A stretch of DNA of 64,000 nt, taken from contig CAZQDP010000004.1 of assembly GCA_964592375.1 (NCBI GenBank), forward strand, positions 7,043 to 71,042. The letters are read 5' to 3'. The notes under the pieces are model-generated. The model searched no databases, was not told where the DNA came from, and saw only the letters and a list, made by a program, of their open reading frames with translations. Positions 36,346-45,627 of the stretch are shown here, one piece after another (the first letter of the stretch is position 1; each line of letters starts with the position of its first letter). The translations under genes and the position numbers were made by a program. This DNA comes from an uncultured Eubacteriales bacterium (GTDB lineage: Bacteria; Bacillota; Clostridia; RUG12999).

Positions 36346-36867
36346 ATGAAAACAAAAGAAATGGTACTGGCGGCGCTACTTACTGCCATTGCTATTATCA
36401 TACCCATATTATTTACACCACTGCGCATTGTATTGCCACCCTATCCGTTTACGGCGACCATTTCGTCCCATGTTCCCATACTGCTTGCCATGTTTATCAG
36501 TCCTGTTGTAGCGGCCATTGTGGCTATCGGTTCGGCCATCGGGTTTTTCTTTGCCGGCACGCCAATGCCGGTGGTAGCGAGAGCGGCAAGTCATGTGTTA
36601 TTTGCTTTTATAGGGGCGATAATGCTTAAAAAAGGCTATAACTTCTGGTTCACATGGGCCATTAGTGCGGCGGTGCACGGTGTTGCAGAGGCTTTGGTGG
36701 TTATTCCTTTTGGTTTTCCACTTAGCACCGTAAGCCTTATTATTGTATTTGGTACCATTGCTCATCATAGTGTGGACATAGCGATTGCTTTCCCGATTTA
36801 CAAGATATTAAAAAGCTCTAAAATTGCAGATTTAGTGGATATCAACTATACGCGATTGAAAATGTAA
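36346..36867 (+). CDS. small polytopic membrane protein, ECF-transporter S-component-like
   Basis: 174 aa with 5-6 TM helices. AxxxA-type motif in TM1 (AALLTAIA) and a HVPILLAMFISPVVAAIVAIGSAIGFF block reminiscent of ThiW-like S components. ATG at 36346 follows AGGGGGAGGGG. Confidence 0.5.
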   Translation: MKTKEMVLAALLTAIAIIIPILFTPLRIVLPPYPFTATISSHVPILLAMFISPVVAAIVAIGSAIGFFFAGTPMPVVARAASHVLFAFIGAIMLKKGYNFWFTWAISAAVHGVAEALVVIPFGFPLSTVSLIIVFGTIAHHSVDIAIAFPIYKILKSSKIADLVDINYTRLKM

Positions 36868-36868
36868 A

Positions 36869-36920
36869 ACCAAAATGGAGCTGTATCACATTAACAAATT
36901 GTGTACAGCTCCATTTTGGT
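36869..36920. terminator. strong hairpin, probably a bidirectional terminator
   Basis: 17-bp perfect stem ACCAAAATGGAGCTGTA/TACAGCTCCATTTTGGT with an 18-nt loop, between convergent genes. Confidence 0.8.
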
Positions 36921-37065
36921 ATAATATTTCATCAATTATTTCATCTCATTCCATATTTTCACGAAATGCCATGTTGCTTTGAAATTTTCGTTTTTTGAGC
37001 ACTCGTAATTTTGAGGCTTTATGTAACAGGCTTGCTATATCGATTGGTTAAGATGGAACAAAAAC

Positions 37066-37629
37066 TCACGCTTGTTGTTCTTTCTCGTCTTCAACCATCT
37101 TCATTACGGAAGCGTAAATTTTTTCATAAATGACATCGCCCTTTTTTGATAATATTTTAGCTATTTTTGTTGCTTCCTCTTTTGTTCCCGCACGAAATGT
37201 CAAATTATATAAAATATCGCGACTCTCTTTATAGATGCACGCAACATCGTATTCAATATCACCCACCGGAACGATATTGCAGGTATACTCTGCCATTTTA
37301 TCTTCTCTTTCCGATGCTGCTTTCACATAGTCGGTGAGCATTACCCTCAGCATATTCCCAAGCCTTTCCTGAAGTTGCTCCAGCGCCTGTTCTCCTTTTG
37401 AGGTTAAAGAAAAGTATTTGGTTTTGTTTTCAATATGAGTTCGGAAATAACCAATTTGACAAAGCTCAAACAGTGCTTGACGAAAGAAAAAGAAATTCAT
37501 TTCGCATTCACCAACAGCAATTTCACTGAGTATCTCCTCAGGAATTGTCTTTGGATATTTGGAAGCAATATACATCAGTGCAAGCTTCATTGTAAATGGT
37601 CTTTTAATAATGGGTTTTATAGAAAACAC
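37066..37629 (-). CDS. DUF4364-like (PadR-type winged-helix) protein
   Basis: 187-aa ORF with an N-terminal wHTH-like segment (LALMYIASKYPKTIPEEILSEIAV...FRQALFELCQIGYF...YFSLTSKGEQAL). The true start (GTG at 37629 or an internal ATG) is uncertain. Confidence 0.45.
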   Translation of the reverse strand: MFSIKPIIKRPFTMKLALMYIASKYPKTIPEEILSEIAVGECEMNFFFFRQALFELCQIGYFRTHIENKTKYFSLTSKGEQALEQLQERLGNMLRVMLTDYVKAASEREDKMAEYTCNIVPVGDIEYDVACIYKESRDILYNLTFRAGTKEEATKIAKILSKKGDVIYEKIYASVMKMVEDEKEQQA

Positions 37630-37715
37630 CGCCTATCATCTCGATAATGAGCTGTCTTCATTATAGCATAGCATGTTGTATTATTCAATAACATTTCAAT
37701 AAAATTTAAAAAGAT

Positions 37716-37744
37716 GTTTACAAGTATCAAACATTGTTGTATGA
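37716..37744 (+). promoter_or_regulatory. sigmaA promoter
   Basis: TTTACA, 17-nt spacer, TATGAT. Confidence 0.55.
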
Positions 37745-37779
37745 TATGATAAGAAAAATAATGAAGGGAAGAAGGATGT

Positions 37780-38328
37780 ATGAGGGTTATTGCGGGTAGC
37801 GCAAAGGGAATGAACTTAAAATGTCCGGACACAATGGAAATTCGTCCTACCTCTGATAGGGCGAAGGAAGCACTTTTTAATATATTGGCATGGTCGCTTC
37901 CCGGCGCCAGAGTATTAGACCTTTTTGCAGGATCGGGATCTCTTGGCATTGAAGCCCTCAGCAGAGGGGCGGCTGAAGCGGTATTTGTGGATAAACAATC
38001 CATGGCCGCGAGTGCCATATCTCAAAACCTAAAGCATACGCATTTAGAGGAAAAAGCTAAGATTGCAAAGCAGGATGTTGTTGATTTTTTAAGTAGACCA
38101 GATAGCCAGTTTGACATCATTTTTTTAGATCCGCCCTACGATAGCGATCTATATGAAACAACCATTGAAATGATTGATAAAAATGGTTTTTTGTTTTCTC
38201 AAGGCATTGTTGTTGCCGAGAGCGCAAGTAAAAGACAAATGCCCGCATGCATTGGAGGACTTTCGTTGCAGGACCGACGTCATTACGGACGAAATATTTT
38301 GAATTTTTATCAATATACTATTGATTAA
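37780..38328 (+). CDS. rsmD: 16S rRNA (guanine966-N2)-methyltransferase
   Basis: MRVIAGSAKG...RPTSDRAKEALFN...LDLFAGSGSLGIEALSRGA...IFLDPPY. Confidence 0.9.
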   Translation: MRVIAGSAKGMNLKCPDTMEIRPTSDRAKEALFNILAWSLPGARVLDLFAGSGSLGIEALSRGAAEAVFVDKQSMAASAISQNLKHTHLEEKAKIAKQDVVDFLSRPDSQFDIIFLDPPYDSDLYETTIEMIDKNGFLFSQGIVVAESASKRQMPACIGGLSLQDRRHYGRNILNFYQYTID

Positions 38329-38374
38329 TTTGAAAAAATATTATATAATACGAGGATGAAGGGAACGTGTACTT

Positions 38375-38851
38375 ATGAAAATTGCCGTATATCCCGGTAG
38401 TTTTGACCCTGTAACCAACGGTCATTTGGATATTATTTTGCGTGCCGCAGCGATTTTTGACAAGGTAATTGTGTCTGTTTTGCAAAACAATAGCAAAACA
38501 CCTGCCTTTTCCGTGGATGAAAGAGTGGACATGCTATCCAGAGTGACCACTCACATTTCAAATGTGGAAATAGATACCTTTACAGGCTTGTTGGTGGATT
38601 ACATCAAACGTGTGGATGCGAATGTCATTATCAAAGGGCTCCGTGCAGTATCTGATTTTGAATATGAATATCAAATGGCGCTGATGAACAAAAAGTTGTG
38701 TCCTGGCGCTGAGACTTTTTTTATGATGACATCTGAAAAATACTCTTTTTTAAGCTCCAGTATTGTTCGTGAGCTTGGCAGATTTAAAGGCGACTTAAAG
38801 GATATTGTGCCGGATGAAATCATTGAAGAAATATATATAAAGCTTGCTTGA
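38375..38851 (+). CDS. coaD: pantetheine-phosphate adenylyltransferase
   Basis: [21 protein letters not shown]...ISSSIVRE. It follows rsmD, as in many Bacillota. Confidence 0.95.
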   Translation: MKIAVYPGSFDPVTNGHLDIILRAAAIFDKVIVSVLQNNSKTPAFSVDERVDMLSRVTTHISNVEIDTFTGLLVDYIKRVDANVIIKGLRAVSDFEYEYQMALMNKKLCPGAETFFMMTSEKYSFLSSSIVRELGRFKGDLKDIVPDEIIEEIYIKLA

Positions 38852-38880
38852 TTGAAAAATATGATATGGGGTGTAGTGTT

Positions 38881-39315
38881 ATGGAGATTTTGCAAATCAT
38901 TGAGGAATTGGAAGAAACCATTGACGGTGGGTTGAGTCTGCTGGGTTATTCCATTATGCGCAAGGAAGAGCTGCTTTCTATGGTAGATGAAATAAGGCTT
39001 AAACTTCCCGATGAGATTAAGCAGGCAAAATGGGTCAAGGAAGAGCGTCAGCGTATTTTATCGGAAGCCCAGGCGGAAGGCGAAACCATTATTCACAATG
39101 CAAAGGAACGGGCCATCGCTTTGGTAGACGAGCATGAAATTGCAAAAGCCGCAAAGGCCCAGGCGGAGGAAATTATGGTAGCTGCCAAGGCGACGGATAA
39201 TGATATGAGAATAAGAGCCATAAAGTATGCGGATAGCTTGCTCGAAAAAGTGGAAACCTCATCGGCACTGGTGCTGGATGAAGTTCGCGAAGGTCGTAGA
39301 CAGCTGAAAAAATAA
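38881..39315 (+). CDS. hypothetical coiled-coil protein (V-ATPase G/H-subunit-like helical protein)
   Basis: 144 aa, charged and helical (KQAKWVKEERQRILSEAQAEGETIIHNAKERA...AKAQAEEIM). ATG at 38881 follows GGGGTG. Confidence 0.4.
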   Translation: MEILQIIEELEETIDGGLSLLGYSIMRKEELLSMVDEIRLKLPDEIKQAKWVKEERQRILSEAQAEGETIIHNAKERAIALVDEHEIAKAAKAQAEEIMVAAKATDNDMRIRAIKYADSLLEKVETSSALVLDEVREGRRQLKK

Positions 39316-39319
39316 TGAT

Positions 39320-39355
39320 GATAACCGCGTTTTTTGCGCGGTTATCGAATTTTTA
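39320..39355 (+). terminator. rho-independent terminator
   Basis: GATAACCGCG/CGCGGTTATC stem with a 7-nt loop, followed by a T-rich tail. Confidence 0.8.
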
Positions 39356-39360
39356 ATATT

Positions 39361-39390
39361 ACAAAGTCATGAAAATGTTTGTGACTTTGT
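39361..39390. repeat. perfect 9-bp inverted repeat upstream of nrdR
   Basis: ACAAAGTCA (39361-39369), 12-nt spacer, TGACTTTGT (39382-39390). Confidence 0.9.
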
Positions 39391-39422
39391 GATTGAGGGA
39401 AACAGGTTAAAGGAGAATGTGT

Positions 39423-39881
39423 ATGAAATGTCCTTACTGTGAGTATCTTGAGAGCAAGGTAATTGATTCCAGACCGACTGAGGAAGGAAGCTCCATTCGT
39501 CGCAGAAGAGAATGTCTTTCTTGTGAAAAAAGATTTACCACTTATGAAAAGGTAGAGACACTTCCAATTATGGTCATTAAGAAAGACGGAAGCCGTCAGC
39601 AATTCGATCGGAATAAAGTTTTAAATGGCTTACTAAGGGCATGTGAAAAGCGTCCCGTGCCACTTGAAGCACTTGAAAAAACAGTGAATGATATTGAACT
39701 GAAGCTGTCTAACTCCTTAGAGCGCGAGGTAACGAGCCGGGTGGTAGGAGAAATGGTCATGGAGCACCTAAAAAACTTAGATCAAGTAGCTTATGTACGA
39801 TTTGCCTCTGTATATCGCGAATTTAAGGACATACATACATTTATGGATGAGCTTGGAAAGTTATTAATGGATAAAGTATAA
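39423..39881 (+). CDS. nrdR: transcriptional repressor NrdR
   Basis: MKCPYCE...SKVIDSRP...[18 protein letters not shown] zinc ribbon plus ATP-cone. Confidence 0.95.
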   Translation: MKCPYCEYLESKVIDSRPTEEGSSIRRRRECLSCEKRFTTYEKVETLPIMVIKKDGSRQQFDRNKVLNGLLRACEKRPVPLEALEKTVNDIELKLSNSLEREVTSRVVGEMVMEHLKNLDQVAYVRFASVYREFKDIHTFMDELGKLLMDKV

Positions 39882-39886
39882 ACAGG

Positions 39887-40672
39887 GTGGCATGCGAAGT
39901 GAAAAAGATGGTTTTTGGTATTTGTATTTTCATATTGTTTCAAATGTTTAGCGTCATGTCCATTTCTGCGCAGCAGCAGGCGGGCATTCCGGTTCTCTTA
40001 TACCACAATATTGCAGATGTTTTTCCTGAAAACGATCTATTGCTCAATATATCGCCTGCTCGATTTGAACAGCATATGGATATGCTTGCGAAAAAGGGGT
40101 ATCATACCATTGATTTTGCACAGTATCAAGCGTGGTTAGAAAAAAAGGCGAGTCTGCCGGAAAACCCTATTATCATCACCTTTGATGATGGTTATTTAAG
40201 TAATTATACCTATGCCTATCCCGTGATAAAAAAATATGGGATGAAATCCACCATTTTTGTCATCACCTCACGCATGGGAGAAAATGGCACTACATACCCT
40301 CATTTCACATGGGAACAGGCGAAAATCATGCAGGAAAGCGGCATCGTTGATATCCAGAGTCATACACATACTCATCAGCTAATGAATAGGATTGCCATAT
40401 CCGATGCTATATTCGAGCTGCGAATTTCGAAATATCTCATTGAAAAAAACATGGGAAAATCTGTGGATTATTTTGCATTCCCGTATGGTCTGTATTCGCA
40501 GGAGGTTCTCAGTGCGGCTCGCAGTGCCGGCTATCGTATTATTAGTAAGGTAGGAGATAAAGGTGCCAATCACATAGAGGAGGGCAATCAGCCCGTAAGG
40601 CGCCTCACGATTGGAGGCAACCTGTCCGGAGATGATCTCATTGATATGATTGGGAATAATCTTTACGACTGA
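39887..40672 (+). CDS. secreted polysaccharide deacetylase (NodB family)
   Basis: Signal-like N-terminus and the NodB motifs ITFDDGY and SHTHTH. The start could be GTG at 39899 or ATG at 39908 instead. Confidence 0.85.
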   Translation: MACEVKKMVFGICIFILFQMFSVMSISAQQQAGIPVLLYHNIADVFPENDLLLNISPARFEQHMDMLAKKGYHTIDFAQYQAWLEKKASLPENPIIITFDDGYLSNYTYAYPVIKKYGMKSTIFVITSRMGENGTTYPHFTWEQAKIMQESGIVDIQSHTHTHQLMNRIAISDAIFELRISKYLIEKNMGKSVDYFAFPYGLYSQEVLSAARSAGYRIISKVGDKGANHIEEGNQPVRRLTIGGNLSGDDLIDMIGNNLYD

Positions 40673-40680
40673 GGAAAAGT

Positions 40681-42264
40681 ATGAAAAGAGTAATAATATA
40701 CATTGTTTTTGCATTGATGCTGTCCGGCTGCAACAAGGAGTCGGGCAGTCTTTCTGTGCCGGAAGCAGGTGCATCTCCGAGTGTGACTACTGCAAAATTG
40801 ATGGAGGGCGGCACGCTAAATATTTGCTCCGTTCGGCCCGATACCTTTAATCCCCTTATTGCGAAGTATGAATCGGTACGAGATTTTCTGGATTTAATAT
40901 ATGAGCCACTTTTTTCTTATGATAGTGAAATGCGACCCATCCCAGTGCTGGCCCAAAGCTATATCATACAAGACGGAGGTAAAAAATTCATCATTACGCT
41001 AAAAAAAGGAATTCGTTGGCATGATGAGAGTGAATTTACCGCCAAAGATGTTGAATACACCTTCAAAGCCATTATGAAGGAAGAAAATCAATCCATCTAT
41101 AAGGAACAATTAAGTGATGTGCGTCAAATCAAAGTCTTAGATCATTATACATTGGAGTTTTCCCTACAATCCCCCTTGGCAGGCTGGATTGGAGAACTTT
41201 ATTTCCCCATCATACAAGCGCAAAAATCAATCGATTTATTGCCCTTAAAAAGTGCATTCCTTCCAATTGGAACTGGAAAATATAGATATGAGGAACATGA
41301 ATTTCTAAAAAAAGTGACGCTCGTAAGAAACGAAAGCTGGTGGCAAGAGATAAAGCCGCATATTGCAAATGTTGTTGTCCAGGTACTTCCGGATGAAAAT
41401 GTGGTTTTTAATGCTTTTGGTGCGAACAGTGTGGATGTAGCCAGGGTTTCGCAGTCGCAGGTAGGAAAGTTTATGGCAAAAAGCAATGCAAGTTCTCTTT
41501 TAATGCCATCCAATGTATACTCTTATCTTGGCATTCAATTAAACAATGAAATATTAAAAAGCATCTATGTGCGCAGGGCAATTTATATTGCATTGAGCAA
41601 GAAAAAACTGGAAGAAACTATTTTTTCAGATGGTGCGGTCGGTGCGAAAACGCCAATTCATCCTTTTTCCCCATACTATATCGGCGCAGAATTGCAGGAG
41701 GATGTTAAAGCGTTACTTTTAGCAGAAGGCTATGTGCCCGGTAGCAATGGTAACTTTATGAAAGATGGCAAGAAATTGTCTTTCAGTCTCATTGTCAATG
41801 AGGACAATATAACCAAATGCACTGCCGCAGACTGCATTTCTCAGATACTGAAGGAATATGGCATTGAGATTATTGTCAAGCGGCTTACTTGGGAAAAATA
41901 TATGGAAGCCATAACCAGTGGAAAATACGACCTTTATTTTGGCGAAACCAAAATAAAAATGAACTATGATTTGGGATTTTTATTGCGCGAAGGTGGAAGC
42001 CAGAATTATGGTGGATATATATCTGCGCGGATGAACGATGCAATAGACAGCGCACTTCGTTCGGAAAATGAAGATATGATGAAATCGTCACTTACAACAA
42101 TACAGCAAATCTTTATAGAAGATCTGCCGCATATTCCTCTTTATTTCAGGCATACACGCATTGTGTATGATGCCTCCAGGGTAGCCGCCGAAAGCGTAGT
42201 CGATTGTGGGAATATGTATGCCTCCATTGCAGATTGGTATATCAAAATCCGAAAAGGAAAGTGA
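40681..42264 (+). CDS. family-5 ABC substrate-binding lipoprotein (peptide/nickel type), orphan
   Basis: Lipobox LSGC. SBP_bac_5-like blocks (FNPLIA...LIYEPLFSYD...PVLAQSY...KKGIRWHD...FTAKDVEYTF). Confidence 0.8.
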   Translation: MKRVIIYIVFALMLSGCNKESGSLSVPEAGASPSVTTAKLMEGGTLNICSVRPDTFNPLIAKYESVRDFLDLIYEPLFSYDSEMRPIPVLAQSYIIQDGGKKFIITLKKGIRWHDESEFTAKDVEYTFKAIMKEENQSIYKEQLSDVRQIKVLDHYTLEFSLQSPLAGWIGELYFPIIQAQKSIDLLPLKSAFLPIGTGKYRYEEHEFLKKVTLVRNESWWQEIKPHIANVVVQVLPDENVVFNAFGANSVDVARVSQSQVGKFMAKSNASSLLMPSNVYSYLGIQLNNEILKSIYVRRAIYIALSKKKLEETIFSDGAVGAKTPIHPFSPYYIGAELQEDVKALLLAEGYVPGSNGNFMKDGKKLSFSLIVNEDNITKCTAADCISQILKEYGIEIIVKRLTWEKYMEAITSGKYDLYFGETKIKMNYDLGFLLREGGSQNYGGYISARMNDAIDSALRSENEDMMKSSLTTIQQIFIEDLPHIPLYFRHTRIVYDASRVAAESVVDCGNMYASIADWYIKIRKGK

Positions 42265-42266
42265 GT

Positions 42267-44603
42267 ATGCACGAATTTTTTAACCTAAAGAAAAAAATAC
42301 TGGAAAATGAATATCAGCATTTGAATGCGCCTCAAAAAGAAGCAGTCTTTACCTCAGGATGTCCTATGCTCATCTTGGCGGGTGCCGGAAGTGGAAAGAC
42401 CACTACGGTTGTTCATAAAATAGCATATATTATTAGATATGGAAATGCCTATTATAGCAATGAAATGCCAAGTCATTTGACTCCTCAGGATATTGCACGT
42501 ATGGAGCAGGAAGCCTTGTCCGGCATAGCCCCCGGGGAGCAAACATTATCACTTATCAGAACGCAAACGGTTATGCCTTACCGCATATTGGCATTTACCT
42601 TTACAAATAAAGCCGCAAAAGAAATGCGCGAGAGAATTGGCAGAATGCTGGGAGATACGGCAAATGACATTTGGATGGGAACATTTCATTCCATGTGTGT
42701 TCGAATTTTGCGAAGAGATATTGAAAGGTTAGATGGGTATAATCGAAATTTTGTAATTTATGATACGGATGACCAGAAGGTTGTGATAAAGAGCTGTTTA
42801 AATCAGCTTGGCATCAGCGACAGAGAGTTTACCCCTAAGGATATTGCACAAATTATCGGTCGTGCAAAGGATGTTTTAATGTCGCCGGAGGAGTTTTTAA
42901 AATCATATCACGGTGATTATAAAATGAGTATTGCGGGCCAGATATACAAGCTGTATCAAAAAAAACTGAAGGAAAATAATGCGCTTGATTTCGATGATAT
43001 TATCATTTTGACCATTGAACTTTTTGAAAAGAACCAAGAGATATGGGAACATTATAGCAAACGCTTTGAATATGTATTTGTGGATGAATATCAAGACACA
43101 AATGCGGCCCAGTATAGACTCATTTCACTGCTGAGTGATTACCATAAAAACTTATGTGTGGTAGGGGATGACGACCAGTCCATTTATGGCTGGCGAGGAG
43201 CCGATATTCGGAATATTATAGAATTTGAAAAGCAATATCCAAATTGTAAGGTTATTAAGCTGGAGCAGAATTATCGCTCTACTTCCACCATATTGGATGC
43301 TGCAAACCAAGTGATTTCTCGCAATAAAAATAGAAAAAGCAAAAAGCTATGGACACAGAACGAGATTGGAGAAAAAATTACGCTCTACCCTGCCATAGAC
43401 GAAAGAGATGAAGCGTACTACATAGCAAATGCAGTCAGTGAGTTTTGTAAAAAGCAAGGAAAGAAGTATTCGGATTTTGCAGTGCTTTACAGAACAAATG
43501 CACAATCTCGAATTGTGGAGGACAGTTTCATAAGAGAAGGAATTCCATATAAAATCGTGGGTGGTCTGCGATTTTACGAAAGAAAAGAAATTAAGGATCT
43601 AATGGCATATTTGCGCCTTGTGCAGAATTCCAGTGATAATGTGAGCTTTAAAAGAATTATCAATTTGCCAAGAAGAGGAATTGGGGAGACGAGCGTAGCC
43701 AAAATCGAGGCTCTGAGCAACGAGCAAGAAATCGGAATGTACGAAGTATTAAAAAGTGCGCAGCGCCTCGGTTCGGACCGGAGCGCAAGTGCGCAAGAGG
43801 GGTTCATCCAGCTCATTGAGCAGCTTCGCGAGCAAAAGGATGCCATGAGTGCTTCTGCATTTATCGGAGCGGTGATTGAAGCATCTGCGCTCATGCAGGA
43901 ATACAAAAAAGAGGGCGAAGTGGAAGCGCAGGCGCGTTATGAAAATATGCAGGAGTTAGTATCCGTTGCAAAAGAAATGGAAAAGAGAGAACCATCCACC
44001 CTGTTGGAAGATTTTTTAGCCTATACATCTTTACTTGCAGATGTAGATACCGTGGAGGATATCGATGAAAGTGTTACCCTCATGACCATGCACAGTGCAA
44101 AAGGTCTTGAATATCCTGTTGTTTTTGTCATTGGTATGGAGGAAGGATTGTTTCCAAGGGTTGGGGATTTTTACCAAGACGATAGCGAAATTGAGGAGGA
44201 GCGCCGCCTTTGTTATGTTGCCATTACAAGAGCAAAGGAGAAATTATTCCTTATTCATGCTTCCTCGCGTATGATTTATGGGAAGACAAACCTTGCAAGA
44301 CCATCACGGTTTCTGAAAGAAATTCCTCAGGAAGTACTCACCGGTCTTGTTCAAAAATCCATAGCTTCTGTGCTTGTGCAAAAGCCTGAAGCTTCCTATA
44401 ATTTTAGGAAGGCTGCAAAAACGGCTCCGAGTGCTATAGCTAGCTTAGAGAGCTTTATAAAGGGAGATGCCGTTTCCCATAAAAAATTTGGCAAGGGTTT
44501 TGTTGTGGAGATTACCACAGCAGGCGGGATTGTGGTACTAGCAGTAGACTTTAAGGAGCATGGCAGAAAAAATTTGATTGCATCATCCGTAACAAAAGAT
44601 TAA
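42267..44603 (+). CDS. pcrA: ATP-dependent DNA helicase PcrA/UvrD
   Basis: LNAPQKEAV, Walker A AGAGSGKTT, DEYQDTN, QNYRS, VTLMTMHSAKGLEYPVVF, RRLCYVAITRAKEKL. ATG at 42267. Confidence 0.95.
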   Translation: MHEFFNLKKKILENEYQHLNAPQKEAVFTSGCPMLILAGAGSGKTTTVVHKIAYIIRYGNAYYSNEMPSHLTPQDIARMEQEALSGIAPGEQTLSLIRTQTVMPYRILAFTFTNKAAKEMRERIGRMLGDTANDIWMGTFHSMCVRILRRDIERLDGYNRNFVIYDTDDQKVVIKSCLNQLGISDREFTPKDIAQIIGRAKDVLMSPEEFLKSYHGDYKMSIAGQIYKLYQKKLKENNALDFDDIIILTIELFEKNQEIWEHYSKRFEYVFVDEYQDTNAAQYRLISLLSDYHKNLCVVGDDDQSIYGWRGADIRNIIEFEKQYPNCKVIKLEQNYRSTSTILDAANQVISRNKNRKSKKLWTQNEIGEKITLYPAIDERDEAYYIANAVSEFCKKQGKKYSDFAVLYRTNAQSRIVEDSFIREGIPYKIVGGLRFYERKEIKDLMAYLRLVQNSSDNVSFKRIINLPRRGIGETSVAKIEALSNEQEIGMYEVLKSAQRLGSDRSASAQEGFIQLIEQLREQKDAMSASAFIGAVIEASALMQEYKKEGEVEAQARYENMQELVSVAKEMEKREPSTLLEDFLAYTSLLADVDTVEDIDESVTLMTMHSAKGLEYPVVFVIGMEEGLFPRVGDFYQDDSEIEEERRLCYVAITRAKEKLFLIHASSRMIYGKTNLARPSRFLKEIPQEVLTGLVQKSIASVLVQKPEASYNFRKAAKTAPSAIASLESFIKGDAVSHKKFGKGFVVEITTAGGIVVLAVDFKEHGRKNLIASSVTKD

Positions 44604-44640
44604 AAGGTCCATTAGGCAATACCCGAAAGGTTGATGATAT

Positions 44641-45627
44641 ATGCGTTTATACAGACATAACATTATCTATTCGTTCATCGCAGGAATTGCGGCGTATCTA
44701 TCCATTGCAAGCAGCAGTGCCATGCCTCTGTTTTTGATAGCAGGAGCCGCAGCCCTTTGCGCAGCTTACTGTGCAAGTGGGTTTACCTGGCCGCTTGTTG
44801 CTACCTTTGCAGGGTGCATTACAGCTACGATAGTGCGTGGGAGCATAGATGTTTCTATGCCCATATTTTCCTTTGTTGGCATTGCACTGCCCGGAATGGC
44901 TTGTGGTTGGATGCTTCGAAAGCATAACGGACTTCGAGACTGTATGCTGGCAGTTTCATTAGGCGTTGCGGCGCATTTTATAAGCTGGTTTTCTTATATG
45001 AAAATGATAAAAGGAATGGATCCTATCAGTCGCGTTATCGATTTGATGCAGCAAGCACTCGTTTCGGGAGAGGTTGATGTGGGTGCCATCATGGCACAAC
45101 GAGGGTATACCATTAATCAAGAGGAGCTCACAGCTTTTTATCCGGAATTTTTCAGAATGATGCATCAAGTGGTACCCACTTTGATTGTTGTCGGAGTTTG
45201 CATTCTTGCTTACTTGATCATCGTGCTTGCAGTGATGCTAGTCAGGAAAAGTGGGATTGATGAGTTGCCAAGCATTGAAGGGTTTCATGCTATCAGGGGT
45301 AGCAAAACTGCTGTGTTTGTTTATTTATTTATATTTATTATTTATTTAGCAACAAAAAATCTTATACTCAGTGGCATATGGATGAATGTTTATTTGCTGT
45401 TTACATTATATTTTTCACTATGTGGAATTACCTTTCTATTGTTTTCCATAAGCAAAGGGGTGAAAAATGGTTTCCTTCGGTGGATTGCTTATTTCCTGAT
45501 GATGATTTTACTATTAGGAAATTTATATGAACCAAAATCCATGATTGTGCTTGTAATGATTGGTATTACCGATGCGATATTTAATTTTAGAATGAAGTAT
45601 ATAAGAGGTGAAGTGGATGGGAAATAA
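44641..45627 (+). CDS. YybS-like (DUF2232) polytopic membrane protein
   Basis: 328 aa and highly hydrophobic. It lies immediately upstream of and overlaps gdpP, as yybS-yybT(gdpP)-rplI-dnaC does in Bacillus. Confidence 0.7.
   Translation: MRLYRHNIIYSFIAGIAAYLSIASSSAMPLFLIAGAAALCAAYCASGFTWPLVATFAGCITATIVRGSIDVSMPIFSFVGIALPGMACGWMLRKHNGLRDCMLAVSLGVAAHFISWFSYMKMIKGMDPISRVIDLMQQALVSGEVDVGAIMAQRGYTINQEELTAFYPEFFRMMHQVVPTLIVVGVCILAYLIIVLAVMLVRKSGIDELPSIEGFHAIRGSKTAVFVYLFIFIIYLATKNLILSGIWMNVYLLFTLYFSLCGITFLLFSISKGVKNGFLRWIAYFLMMILLLGNLYEPKSMIVLVMIGITDAIFNFRMKYIRGEVDGK

Noticed and set aside
36342-36629. 95-aa His/Cys/Tyr-rich alternative + frame ORF
   Set aside because: It is out of frame within the membrane-protein gene. 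The hydrophobic frame with the strong RBS (ATG 36346) is clearly the real one.
42204-42266. N-terminal ORF extensions suggested by the six-frame track (also 60410-60508, 27511-27582, 26859-26897, 12948-13031, 6983-7021, 13803-13856)
   Set aside because: The extensions overlap the upstream gene or a promoter and lack an RBS. Internal starts with good SD spacing reproduce the canonical protein N-termini.
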